In this document: one piece after another, positions 37,361 through 51,800 of the stretch
How positions within the stretch are numbered: position 1 is the stretch's first letter
Layout: each line of letters begins with the position of its first letter
Assembly: GCF_000181795.1 (NCBI RefSeq)
Contig: NW_003526941.1
Coordinates: 3,040,195 to 3,104,194, forward strand
Reading direction: 5' to 3'
DNA from: Trichinella spiralis
Taxonomy: Eukaryota
DNA: 64,000 nucleotides
Translations under genes and position numbers: made by a program
Notes under the pieces: generated by a model
The model's input: only the letters and a program-made list of their open reading frames with translations
Databases searched by the model: none
Told to the model about the DNA's origin: nothing

Positions 37361-39210
37361 CTGCTGTGAATGAGATGGAAGAATTTTGTAAAATAAATAA
37401 TATGCTTTAATTAATCAAACAAACATATCAACTACATACAAAAAGCACACGCGACAACCTTCGCCCTGGCAAAAGTAACAAGGAATTAAAATATAAGTTT
37501 AATAAGATATGAAGTAATTTAAGTATAATACGAATGATAAAAATAAAATCAACAATAATTGATAGCAATCAGCAAAGATATCACATAAATGGTATAGCTT
37601 CAAATTTTCATTTAGCTACAGAATCATAAGGTGATGGTGCAGATGGAAGGTCAAGTTAATCACCAAGAACCTAACTGCCAGTCAGAGAACAGGTTTTCAC
37701 ATCTTTCGCCTCGAAAGCATACTTTTGCAAATGCAGATAATCTGCTTTGCTAAGACAAAACTAAAATAAAAACAAACAAGCAAACAGCATTTCAATTCTG
37801 GTCGAAAACCAAATGCAGAAACGCATACTTCACAACGTGATTGACCACTGGGGCGAAATTACTTAATAATCGCAAAATATTTTACAATTTCAAAGATACT
37901 AACTACATAATTATATACTGCATTAGAATACTGACGTTCATGTTCTAAACATATAGAATTTTGAAAAAAAGTGAAATTTTCATAACTTTACTAACTGAAA
38001 ATAATTCATGCGAAGGATGTGTATTTGAAGGAATTTTAACTTCAGCAATTGTCATTATCACAATGTTGAATACCTGACCATCAGGTTGAATTGATCGTTG
38101 GCATGAATTTAAAAGAGCAGTAGTGAAAATAAATCTAGAACTGTCACATCATTTAAAAAATAAAATTATTACATTTTAAAAAGTTTTTGAAAATGTTAAC
38201 CCTTTACTAACAACGCAAAAACAAGCCTACTAAAAAAATAAATGATATTTTTCACGAAAGGATGGCTGTAGTTTGAAACGAGCAAAGTACATGTTTAAAT
38301 AAAAATTTAAATATTTATCGAACTTGAATGGACAACAATTATTCAAGAACACTATATACTATTACAGTAAGTTATGATTCAAGTTCAACTGGAAATACAA
38401 AAAGTGAATAAAGTTTGCTTGAAATACCAAAAAACTTTTCTTAAATCAGATCAGAAGTTATTGAATTATGAAAAAAATATTTAGGACAAACTTTCAGTTC
38501 TTTTATCTTTATAGATTCATGATAAATCTTTATACTTCATATGCACAATATGCAGCAATTATTGACTTAAACACTTGACAATCAATAGGTATATACCGTA
38601 AAATAGGTGTGAAATTGATTGTGATGGGCGTGGCATTTTTAGGTGATACGGCCTGTACGTCCAATAGTGAATGACCAATAAGAAGATGCTGTAAAAATTG
38701 TTCCCGTAATTGAACAACCCATATTGATTAAAAAAAATAACATTTTATAATAAACTGAGAAAACAATATATAATTTTCAACCATTTCATAATTTAAATTA
38801 TTGTGACGATTTTAAATAACAACTTAAACTCTTTTGTCATTTGTTTTTTTGTCACACAACTTGAGTTTTTAATATTCTTCATTAAATATTTTATTTTTTT
38901 GCTAACCTATAAAATAAGTTTCAGATTATCAGTTGAAAAGTTGTTATTTTATTTCATTTATAGATATGATCTGACTTGTTTGTTCTCGATTCACATATAC
39001 AAGAACAAACTGTGTGACAGGGGAAATGAAGAAACAGAATGACAATTAACTTTGTGTGCAGGTCAGCTTATAGTATAAATTCTTGATAACTTTGGAAATC
39101 AGTGCTATTATCTGTTAGCCTTATCACTTATGAGTATATTTGTTCAGTGGAAGAAAGGTAAAATAAGAAGAATTTTCTAGTACGTCACAGTTTTCAAATG
39201 CCGTTCTAAA

Positions 39211-40501
39211 ATGTTAATTAAAAAATCTTTCTGGTTTTTTGTGTTTACATCCATCATAGTATTATCCACATTTGCTTTGACTTTACGTCCATCTGAAAGG
39301 AAAGAAGAACCGGAAGACGATGGTTATGATAAGCAAGACACAGGCAAACTGTTTTTGCAAGAAGAAAAAGCGAACAATTGATGAATTAATTGTAAATTAT
39401 TTTTTTGCAGCAATTTTGAAATTTCAAAAGACTATTAATGATGAAGAAATTAAAATTTTGGTCAATCGAATGAGAGAAGCGGATGAAAATCGTGCCAAAG
39501 ATGACGATTACAAATTAAATTATCAGCAAAGAACAACACCACACGAAGAAGAAGATCTTGCACCATTGCCGTAATGCTAATTTTTCTAAACATACACTAT
39601 CATAATGTTCAAACTGTGTGTGGGAATGAAAACTTTTAGATTATTTACTTGGGTGAATGAACAGTTATTAAATAGATCTACATATCGGGCGTATTTGGAT
39701 TTAGTTCCTTTATTTCATCCGGAAGTATCGATTGATGAAGACTGGAATGCGGAAGAAAAGAAAAAAATATATGCTTTTCTCGATGAAATTATGCATACAA
39801 AAGTGTTCAATTTGATGTGGGAATTTTTATTGGAGAAAAGTATTCTGCATAAAAGAGAAATTTTATTTATAAAATCAAACCGATTTATTGCAGAATTGGT
39901 ACCGGAAGATAAGTTCCAATTTAAAAATTTGCTTTTTACACAATGGTTTGGATTGTACACGCGAAGCCATGGTCATTTGGGCAGCAGTGGATTTGAGCAT
40001 GTGTTCATCGGAGAATGGAGAAAGCACGTCGTCGAAGGCCAGCATTATTGGTTACGATTCTATTCTTTAGAAAAGCAAGGACATATCAACTACAAAGGAT
40101 GGCTGTTGCATGACAAAGTAAGAAAATATCTTCTCATGTGCACTTGATTATTTGTAAATACAGTAATACTTTAAGTAAAATTCTAATGAAAGTTAAAGAG
40201 GTACTTAAAAAGTGTTGTAAGAAAATATTGTTCACGTGTTCATTTAAAAGTCTTACGCTTTTACGTTTAGAACGTAGCTGCGACCATTCATTATGACTGG
40301 CGTTCTCATCATAAAGAAATTGGTGGCTTTTTGATCGGCTCAAGCCCTGAATTTGACTTTTCCCTTTTCACGCTGTGCTTTAACGCAAAGCGCGGTCAAA
40401 ATGCTTGCAAAGTGCTCATTGACGAATTTCCAATACATGTAACTTCATTCAGAGTTGAACATAAACCATTTATAGGTACGTCATATCCAGTTTTAATTTA
40501 A
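39211..40501 (+). CDS. ENDOU: Poly(U)-specific endoribonuclease, EndoU/XendoU family, with signal peptide, 5 exons
   Basis: Signal MLIKKSFWFFVFTSIIVLSTFA. Motifs LFTWVNE, WFGLYTR, SSGFEHVFIGE, GQHYWLRFY.LEK.G.INYKG, KEIGGFLIGSSPEFDFSLFTLCF and IGTSYP. Stop at 40499-40501. Confidence 0.92.
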
Positions 40502-40737
40502 ATTATTCAAACTTTCAAAACGACTCGAAAATGTCATAAGTAAAAATTTCATAAGATGCTTTATTATCTTTATTATTCCTCAACTCTAACTTGATATAAC
40601 TCTTCTCAGCTTTTCTGCTATATGGCAAGTAATCATTTTTGAATAACGAAGTAAAATTTACGTGGAATATGAAATGTGATAAAATAAGACAACTTGAAAA
40701 ACAATAATATCAACAACATGTCTACATATGTTGTACA

Positions 40738-41709
40738 TTACATTCCAATAGTAGTAGTTTGCATTGATTGTTGACGCTGTAAATAACCAATCCACATTTC
40801 TCGTATGCCAACCATGATCATGATAACATTTTTCACAATAAATATCGTACCATCACTCATGCTATTCGTATTCGATGCCCATAGATGCGCTCGAATTACC
40901 AAATATGGCAAATTGACAGTTAGAAAATACAATAAAGAATACAACTGTTCATAAGGCAGTGGCAACCAACGTGGCAATTCAATGTTGAAACGCAGCTTAG
41001 ATAACGCAAATGTTGGTAAAATGAAATTGAAACAAGCCAAAACTAAAATCACAACTTGCAACGTGAGACTATTGTAGACGTCTTCATGAATTCGAGGGTC
41101 AAGGAGAAATTTCAAGAAAACAACGCTGTCAATGATATCCAAAGTAACACTACTGGCCAAATAACTTATATATGCCTGTCGACGACTCCTTGGATCATTG
41201 AAGTGATGACTGAATACGAGAAGCAGGAATACCAAAGCAGAAAATGTTAGCGTCAATTCGAGGACCGAAGGGCCGAAAACTTCTGCCTTCGACAAATGAG
41301 AAACAACAAGACGAAATATAATGCAGATCTTTATAATGAGAGCGAGCGAATAGCTTATCCAACAAATGAAAGCATATCTACAATGAAAACACATCATTAA
41401 AGTTCAACTAATTAATATAAACTGAGCTCGATTCTGTTACTTTATATTTGAATCAGTTGCACAGAATTTCTTGCTGCATTCTGTTCGAAACTGTACAGCA
41501 ATTCTTAGAATCCAAGCAAAAACTACGCATACTGCAAAGTCGACAATGCTCAACAATATCCATAAATTATTGTTTAAGTAATGGACGATATAGTAATTCA
41601 AAACAGAAAACTGCAAAACTACAGTTAATAAACATAAGCAAAAGGACAATACTTCCAATTGCAACTGAACTTTCGTACGAGAAGACACTACGTGAACTTC
41701 AGCTTCCAT
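40738..41709 (-). CDS. TMEM121: CECR6/TMEM121-family multipass membrane protein, 2 exons
   Basis: Multiple TM helices with YAFICWISYS..KI, FGPSVLEL, VTLDIIDS, VNLPYLVIR..W and IFIVKN. Confidence 0.8.
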
Positions 41710-42850
41710 ATTTTGTATACATATATTTCGCCTTTTTTAATTAAACAGTAAAAAAGGAGAATGGTGCTTTACAAGCAGGGCGGAAGATCTTGATTATTCA
41801 TACGGTAGTTTGACATTTGTTATGATAATATTTTTTACAAACACACCAAAATAATTTATTTTAAAATAATCTTGAAAAAATTATGAAAATATAAAAATGA
41901 TAACATATGAATTTAATAACAAGTAATTCTTTGGTTTGAAAGTTCAAACTAATTTTACAGTAAGCAGTCAATGTTAATCATTCAAAACGTAGAAATGCAC
42001 TATGCCAAATAATCTCGTCATTTTAAGAAAGTACGTTTTTTTTGTAATTAAAAATTTTAAATTTTACGCTTATTATTTTTATAATATACATATGCATATA
42101 ACTTAATACGATCTGTTGTATATTTTTTTAATTAGTAAAAATTTGCAAATATAAAGCGCTTTAGTTATAAAATTTAAAGTTATACAGCAAACATGTCCTA
42201 CATTTCATACAGATTACGCTTCCGATTTTCAGAGTGTTCCCGCCAAAATTAACTTTACAGTAATTAGTTATTTGAAATTATTGCATTAGAATTACTTCTA
42301 TAGTAGCAGTATGAATTTATTGTATGTATTTACTGAAACTTCTCAATCAGCTGAAAGTTGTCTTATGCAATAATTTATATTTAAATGAAAAAGTGCTTTC
42401 GGAAACTTGTTAAATAAAAGTAATATCGTGCATTTCCTTTATACTGTAAGTATTGTGACATTTGTTGTCTAATTTATTAGTAATATAGCAGTAAATTAAC
42501 GTAGGCATTTTGAAAGCACTGCGGGAATTGTAAATTCTCAACAGATAATTGCCGTAACGTTTACTTAAAACGAACAGAAGCTTATTGTTAAAGCATTTGG
42601 TAAGTGTTGACCAAAATTTATGATTATTGTTTCATTTTGACTTGAAATTGTTTTTCCAACTCTAAAAGTTGAAACTGAGAAAAACTTATTTTCAAACTGA
42701 ATAGATTATTTGAATTCAACTGTTCAGTGATCGAATGCTTTTCTTTGTCATTTAAATAAGGCGTATTTGATAATTTCTTGGTACTGAATGTTAAAGTGAT
42801 CGCAGTGAGGTTTATTAGTTTTCATTAAAAATGTCCTTTTTCTCGTTCGC

Positions 42851-45800
42851 TCACAGCAGCACGCAAACTCTGGTACGTGTTTGTTGTTTTAAAGAACCGC
42901 GCTCGCATGCGTTGGAACCATGCGGCGTTTGGTTGGAATTGGCTATGTGTAGAACGGACGATTCTGCTCTTGTGATGCATTTTGCTGGTGTTGAGTTGAG
43001 TGTCATAAATTGTGTATGGCTGCGATTTAAGCGGTCGAAAAGGCGCAAAGAGCTTCTTGATCGTTGAAATTGATTAGTACCGGTGGACGATCTTGCCGTT
43101 CGCAGTGTATTGTCTTTTGTGTTGTAAAAATCAGCGGCTGCGTTAGATTTTGATTCCGATCTGTGGCTCATATTTTCCGCACTAACTGTATTGTCGAGCA
43201 TGTGCCCGGTTGCGCTTCTTTGAGTTAGTGCTTGAAGGGAATGCAGAAGTGAAACGGTGTTATATTTTGAAGAAAAAAAACTATTACTTGTTGGCAACAG
43301 GTTGAACGGTTCTCTTGAAGTGGCGTCTTGTATGTAATCCTCAAGCGGTGGCACATTGTGCAAGCACAGACAAGCCACATGTGGGCAGTTTTGAAGTTTT
43401 AACAGTATTCGCCGACAGTCTGGCGTCAAGAGTAATTTCAATATTGGCATGTGCGTATTGAATGCGGCTATGTTGGCACCTGTCACTGTATGCCAAGCGT
43501 ACAACCAACCGTCTTGGTCGCCTAAAATGAAGCGATTAATTTGTATTTTTGCAACAAGAAAAATGTCTCATCACTAGATAGGCATATTTTCCCATCATAT
43601 GTTATTGCCAATGAAGTGATTGGATGTTGGTGTTGAGTGAACTTGCTTATACTTTGACCACTATAAGTATCCCAAGCGAATATTTCATTTTCTGATCCAG
43701 ATACAACAATTGCGCCGTCGTAACTGACGTCACAATACAATACTGGTTGTTGATGTTCGGCCAAGACCTGCGTTAACAGTTTTTGGTGAGCTTTTGTAAT
43801 GAAAGACAATTTATACCTGAGTTAAACATGCTGGCTTTATTGCCCACACTTTTAAAGACTGGTCTTTGGAACCGGTGACCATTAGCTGTTTATCGCCGGA
43901 AATACTGATGCAAGTGATGATGTCATTATGTTGTATTCGGCCTCGGGTAGTCCATGCCTCTTCCCTTCCAACCATATTTAATATTTTAAGCCTAAATAGT
44001 GACAACATTGAAAAACATTTTTATTATGATAGCAAATCATTAATGATTAATTTACTCTTTTTCATTGTCTCGCACACTGACTAGCACATCTCTGTCTTCG
44101 ATAAATTCTAAAATGGAGCCCACATCGCTCAGGCAGAACGCTTCATAGCTGTAATCTTCGGTATCTTCAGTGCTCCAAAGAATCACATGACCGTATGCAT
44201 CCAAGGAAAGTACAACCGAACGATCAGAAAAAATGCGCAAAGCGACTACAGGACTGGCGTGACCCTGAAATATGTGACGTTGAGTTTTACTATTTTATAA
44301 CCTCTTTTTGTGAGGTGCAAATTGGGTAACATGCCTCGAAAGTTTTCAGCGTCATTCCATTAGCCATGGATAAAATGCGAATCAGACCATCGGCGGTTCC
44401 ACTGAGCAGAATGACGCTGTCGTTATCGAACTGCAAAGATGTGACTTTGGAATAATTTTTACAATTCGTTGCCCAGATTCCGTTGCACATTTCCAAATCC
44501 CAGAGGATAATTTTTCCCGAATTGTTTCCTTTAAATTCAAAATGTGCAAATGCAAGTGAAATGAAATTAATGAACAGTGAAAAGGAAACGTCGTACCATA
44601 TGCGCCGTATTTGAAATCACAGGACATGGCCATGACAGAGATGTAATTCGGTTCTTGGAAGAGATCTACACCATCTGTGTATATGCTCCAAACGTTGAAT
44701 GCATCCGTTGAACCAGAAAACAAAAAATGACCATCTATTGATGTCTGAAAATATATTTTACAATTATTTTATTTCATGTTAATTTGTCAAAGAATAACCT
44801 TCAAGCAGGTGACGGCTGAGTTGTGGCAAGTTTGTGTGGTCATTAGCTGGCCAGTGTGCAAATCGAAACAGTAGATTTTACCATCACTGCTTCCGGCAAA
44901 TGCACGGCAATCATCTTTGGCTATTTCCAGACTGCATATCTTTAATGTTGCGATATTTTTCATGAATAGATGTTTCAATAATGTTGTTGAAAGTTTGGAA
45001 AAATTTCGACTCACTTTGCCTTCGTGGCCTTGCAATTCAAGTAGATGCGTATTCATGCATATTGAAAATACTTTCAAGCTTTCATCTTCGCATGAAACCA
45101 GCGCAAAAGTGTCGTTGCTCGTCACCGCTATTGTACGCACTGGTGCCATTAGACCACTGAGTTGTGATATAGGATTTCCGGATAACATGCAGCAAATGGT
45201 CACAGTGAAATCTGCTGAGCCTGTAATATAGTACAATCTATATGAAGCTGTGGAAATATTAGGTTAAGTAATTTTTTTCTCTGTACCGGAAAGCATGTAT
45301 AGATCGTTAGAAGTTAAAGCGATCGCTGTTACTGGCGCAGTGTGATGATTGAATGTGCGTAATTTTTCTGTTGTTTCGCCAATTGAGTGCTGGCATATAC
45401 GACCGTCGCTGAAGCCAGTCAGTAAATAACATCTAGTCCTTGCTGCACAGGCACTGGTCAGTTTTCCTTTGCCCGCTTTAAACGCCTTTTGACAACTAAC
45501 TTGTGTCCAATTCCAAAGCATTACTGTAGCATCTACTGAGCAGCTCAGAAAGAACTGTCCATCGGTAATGGTTTTCAAGTAGATCACGTTGCTAACATGA
45601 CCTTCGAACGAGCGGACCAACTTTCGGGATGACGTATGGTACATCCAGATTGAATTTTGGAAGCGACCTCCAGTGACCAGCAGGTGTTGATGATTTAACG
45701 TTGGCTCTAATACCAGATTATTTCCTATGGGTGTAGTTGATTCTTGAAATCGACAGCTGACCACAAGTGGGCATATTTTCGGTTTTACCCAAGGTGATAA

Positions 45801-48800
45801 AGGCACGAGCAATGGTATATCTGAAGAACTGTCAACCCATGACATAGCCTGTTCCAATAAGGAATTCAGCACTTTGGTGTTGTTTTCTGAAATATTAACT
45901 CAATTGCTTATACTCTATCTGTATGTGTATAATTAAGTGAATAACCTCTTGAGTATTGCAAATTCAGTATAACCTCGGCAGCCAACAGATTGCCGTTTTG
46001 GAATAGAATACTAGCGGAAGGTTTTAGTATAGATGAATAGAGTACATGGAAGCTATGATTGAGCAGTTGCAGCATTGTACTTTCGAACATGCTTTTCAAA
46101 TGAAATATTCCAGCACCTTTGATTGTTGCATACAAATATTCAAAATTACACAGACTCTGCGCTTGTAAAAGGTCCACGCTTCCTGTAGCAAATTGGAAAC
46201 TCAGACTCGACTTTGTGTGCTAATTGTTCAGTGCTTATCCTCTTACCGGTATGCAAGAGATGATACCATAGATTACGAATACTGCGTAGATTGAAATTTA
46301 GCATTCCGTCTGGTGTAACTGTTTGGAGTGGACGGGGCATTAGGGTACCGCATTGAAGTTTTGATGCTGCAACTTCGATATTTATAATTGCAGGTAGTGT
46401 GTTGTTAAATAACGCTACTAAAGCAGAATGACATTCCTAAAATGAATCTTTTGTTATATTATTTTTGAGGCACATTTTTATTGTCAATTGTAACTAATGT
46501 GATTAATGAATAATCAGTGTTTTACTTTGAGTTGTTGGATGGTATTTAAGTAACGTCTTCTAACAACACCAATTATGCATGTATGAGACCAGCGGAAAAC
46601 AGTTTTATCATCACAAAGCACTTCTTCAAGCATTGTGCCTGAAACGACATTTATAAATATTTGTATATAAAAACTTATTTGTATATATATGTATATATTA
46701 TTTGATTATGGATTACCTAAACAGCGTTTCAGTTTCAGCCAAACAACGACTGGAAAGTGTGATGTTGAATTTGGCTGTTGTAAGGAAGTTTCAGCAATGA
46801 TTCGTTCCTGGCAAGAAAGCAAATCGAACAATTCGCACTGAGTCAAACCAAAATGTGCACATTCAATATAACTCAGTGCTGTTGCGCATACTAGTGGACC
46901 GCACAGTTTTTCAGCTAATTCGAGTTTGGCTTCAATTAGCTCGGTGAGCTTGTTGTTGAAAGTATTTATTGGAATGGACTGTTCTGATTGGGCTTGGATT
47001 TCGGCAAACAAGCGCAACGCTAACGGATTCATGTAAGGCAATTGCATCAGTTCTTCTTGTGTTATTTCTTTGGTAGGTGGAAGGTATGCTTCATAGATTT
47101 TTCTGTTCATTTCCACCGTTAGGGGAGGAATTTTGAGCACACATTCAGCCGATGCAAGTCGAGACGATGGAACTTGTTCAAGTGGAGCGTCGTCGTTGAC
47201 GGTCATGAAGAACACAGTATGAGCTGGCAATGCTGGAGGTAACCAGAACGGCACGCTAGTATCTGAGATACTGGAACTTTCTTTTAAACGATGCACGTCG
47301 TCCAACAGCACCACCAACACTCTCTCTGGACATTGTTTGGCGGCCTGCTCGCAAAGGGTGCGGAAAAGATCGAACAGACGATCGACGCTCGTCTGAGTAA
47401 TATCCAGGCCTGGGTCTAGATGGAACCGTCGACATAGTTCCAGGCAACAGCTGCGCAGCAGTTCGTGCACTGTACAAGACAAGGGACTGAGACGGACGAA
47501 ACGTACCATTGTTTCACAGCGATTACCGAACCACTCTTTCAACAAGTGATTGGCTAATTGGCAAATGATCCTTGTTTTACCCTGACCGTGGGCACCTTTG
47601 AGCAACAAAGCCAAACCGATACTACATTGTAGAGTGTGTTGGAAAATATCCCGAAGTCGATCGATCAGCTTCTCATGACCAAGAAGTGGCTGTTTGGATT
47701 GTTCACTGGCATATTGAATGTGGATATGGGAATCGTCGAACGGTGAATATGAACAGTTGCTGGTGTTTATATGGCGTTCGAAAGTTGATTGCAATTTTTG
47801 CTTCATACGTGCAACAATTCGCCGGCAAAATTTTTGCAAATATTGCACGTGACTGTTGACTTTGAGTGGATGTTCATTAGAGCCAGGCAATGGAGCTTGT
47901 ACAATTTCCACGTCGTGGTGTTGCATCAACGTGGAAATTGCATCTGTGCAACGACGCGTTGGTACATCGCCACTGTGTTCTCCGGAGCTGAGTTCTGATT
48001 TTACCGACTGCGGTTGTATAGCTGCGAGCAATGGACATGAGCACCGAATTATTATTATTATTATTATTATTATGCTTTTCTTTGCTTGTTTAATTTTCTT
48101 ACCGGCCACTTTTCGCCAAATTATCAAACTGCGTTGCGATGATGTTGAACGTGGACAATGAGCCGCCGCACGTCGAAGGAACACTTCTTGCAAACTTGGG
48201 AACGTTTGGCAGTTTACCTTCAAAAATGTAAGCAATAATAGATTAATAGTTGATTTACTTGAATTTAAAATCATCAGTTTTTCAATTACTTGTTTCAGTT
48301 GAGTGTTTATTTCAGCTGAACTGCTTTGACTTATCAGCTTGCACAATGACCAGTAAGATGACCGAGCGTTTTCATTTCTAACATGTCGAAAATGAAGAAG
48401 AATCACTGTCGCAGTATTCATTATTTTTTTACTTAATAATTTTCTACTTACAGACTACTATAATCGATCAGTTTCATTTCATTTTCATTTCCACTGTACA
48501 AATATTTCAGGTTGACACTTCCTGAATCCAATGGGAACGATTCATTGATGAGTAAATTGCAATACAAGCAATGCAAATGCACAGACCTGTCGGATCTTCA
48601 GTTTTCAGATAACTTTGCAACGATTGCACTTGATCTCCATTCAGCACCTTTGGAAGCACACGGCTGCCCAATGTTTCTCCAAGCATACTCTACAGTTTGC
48701 AGTTAAGTATAATTTTTTATTGTTTTTATGTGATTTTTTAAATTATTTTCTTATATTACGATGAAAAGTGAATTAAATTTTCGTTAAATATCTCTTAAAT

Positions 48801-51800
48801 CATAAGTCCAGTGCGTATATTAGGAGGGGTGTAATCAAAATTGGCAAATTACCTGAAAACTTTTATCTCTATTGTTGATTGTGCATTCAGTCGATTTTCT
48901 GTGTTCTGTCGGTTTCATTTTAACTACTGCATTTGTTGCTAAGCTGAGTTTCCATTATTAATCATTTTTAGCTAACAATGAATAAGCAGTGGGATTGAAT
49001 GTCTAATTTTCTGAATAGCTATTTTTTTTCATACATCAGCGTACAGCAGTAAGGACAGAAAGCATATTTACTGTTTTTGTTTGTTTTCCAGTGCATCATT
49101 TCAAAATTGCAAATAAGTACGAATGCAAATTTTGCTGAATGCCAACTGAGGTGAATGATATCTGTGAACAATAATTTGTATATTTTTGTTGGCAAATGAC
49201 TAGTGAAGAGTGGATGAATTTTGATAAGCTTAATTTTAAAAGTTTCCACTTAAGCTTTAAAAATTTAATGCTGTTGTCCAGATTTATTACTAATAATTAA
49301 GAATTAAGTAGGTTTTCCAGTTTTTTGTTGAACTGTTTGAAATGAAATGTAATGGAAGAAAAATCAACTGAATTGAATTAATCTATTCCAGATGGATATA
49401 AATTGAAATGAACATGCGCACCTTGATGTAGTGTTGTTAAAGCGGCAAAATTTTCAGAAGTAGTACTGTGTGTGCGTGCGCTTTTATTTCATCTATATTT
49501 CAATTGCTTTGTTTTATTTATTTTTTGAACCACCGTGTCAGTGACATAAGCTTAAGAAGAAGAAAAATAAATTCGTAAATTATCAATTCAGAAATGAATG
49601 GTGGTTGTTATTTATTGCTGTGCAGTGTGATGAAATGTGAATATGAGCTGTGTGTATAAGCTTACCACAAAAAAAGGTCCGCAAGAGGCATGTCCACAGT
49701 GGTCTATTTCTTCGAGCAATAAATCGAGCAAATCAGGTTGGAAGACGAGTTCAGTTTCATCGTCAAAGAAAGGATCGACCAATGATATTTCAGCACCATG
49801 TGATAAACAGTATTGTTGCATCTCGATTAGTATTTCACGTCGAAATAATTCTTTTTCATCTTTGAATTCTAAACAGATTATGAAACATAATTAATGCATT
49901 TTATTTTTCAATTATAAAGTTTAGCATTCATATTCGAACTCGAGAAATAGAGAGGGAGATTCTACATTTGAATTGTTTTACACAGTTACACAGTTTTGTT
50001 ACAGAATGTTGTTGCTGTTCTTAATTAAGAATGCATGTTTATTGTACGCAAATCTCCAATAAAGTTAAAGCAATGAATTAGTTGTAATCATCCAATTCCA
50101 ATGTTGACATAGTAGCTTTAAAATCCTTTTTTAATGATTTTTGATCATGTTGATTGTTGAATTTTCAAATCGAGCTTGCCACTGTTCAGCGCAGTTGCTT
50201 AATTAACAATAATCGATCGACGAGAAGAGCATTTTAACAATTTTTGCTGCGGGTTCAAATTACTGGAAACTGTTTTTTCTTCAACTGTTTTAGTAACGAA
50301 ATTTTTGCATTTTGTTTTTGTTCAAATCGATTATATTAAATTTATGCTTCCATCTCTTCTCTCGTCTTAAACCCCCGCCCCTGTCTCTTTCCCTTTCTTT
50401 CCTCTTCTTCCCTCCTATACATCTGTCCATCCATCCATCCATCCATCCATTGATCTATCTAGTTCGAGTTACTAAAATGTTTTTGACAAATTGAGACAGT
50501 CATAAATAAATACCAATTTTATCTTCATTTTGGTATACTTGAGAACTGTCTCATCTATTGATTAACAGTTGACATTTTTGATTGCCATTATAAGCCTGTA
50601 TTATTATAATTATTATTCCATGAATGAATGAACAGATAAATGTAATTTTGTGGAATGTTCTTTTTCTGTATAGATGAATGTATAGAATTTGTTTTTATTC
50701 TGTCTTTTAGTAATGTTCTCATCGACAGATTTGCAAACAGAAATTTCATTTATAAAATTTGTGAGATTGATTTATTGAAAGATTTTCATTTCTTGCTGCA
50801 TTTCGTGTGTGAAAGAATGATTTGAAAATTTCTTTTAAATAGAATAATTATGCATTTATTATATTATGTATGAATGAATGCAAAAGAATATCAGCTGATG
50901 AATTGTCGTGCAATTTCTGCAACGAGAATTGAAGTAGGAAGTTCAAGAAAGTGAAATGATTATGGTGATATTTGTTTTAAAAATAATTCTCCACTTAATT
51001 TTTGCATTTATAAAGAAATATTGTATGTAAAATTATGATTAAGCATTTGATGATGAGAAGCTTTTTTTAAATGGCTCATCTTGCAGTTTATGAGTGATGT
51101 AGCTCAGTTTGTGAATTGTTGCGTAATCATTTTTGATTGTATTTTATTTATGATAAAAGAAATCCATGTCAATATTTATTGGTGATCAATACATATGATT
51201 TGAATGAATTATAGTGTAAAATGATTTGTTTATCTATAAAAAGGAAGAAGAGAAGGAAACAGGGATATGCATCGTCAGTTCTTTTTGTACATATATCCAT
51301 TGCATGCCAAGCATGCAACGACTGATGAATAATTGGTTAAATAAGAATAGAAGTGAGCTTGATGAATATAACTGTATTAAAATGTTTAATATGTTTAAAT
51401 ATATTCAGTAATTATTTGTACATATAATAAATATTATATTATATTATATTATATTATTTTTGAGATTATTCCAATCATTTGTTTTATAACACATTATTAA
51501 TTATGATTGTAGTGGTCGTAGATTGTCGTAGTCGTCAAGTTTGTTAATATTGCATTATTGATGTAATGCTGACAGTGCAGACATAATATAATATGATGCT
51601 TAACATGCAACAAGTAAATGTAAATAATAAGAATAATATATGTATATGTATGTATGTATGTATGTATGTTTGTTTGTTTTTGTTTGTTTGCATTTATGTA
51701 AATGTACATATGTTACCTGATGGAGCCCAGAGGAAGATTATTATTTGACGTAGATGCATGACCGATTTATCTGAAGCTTGATGGTCAGTGGTCGGTTGGT

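Noticed and set aside
39323..39410. Possible GC-AG first intron in EndoU (acag|gcaaac)
   Set aside because: A canonical GT donor in the same phase (gatg|gttatg) lies 21 nt upstream, so a GC donor is not required.
36997..48289. Stop-free introns of 3n length (36997-37059, 39840-39893, 44940-45014, 48022-48102, 48218-48289)
   Set aside because: With roughly a hundred very short introns in the window, a handful of in-frame stopless ones is expected by chance; no evidence of regulated retention.
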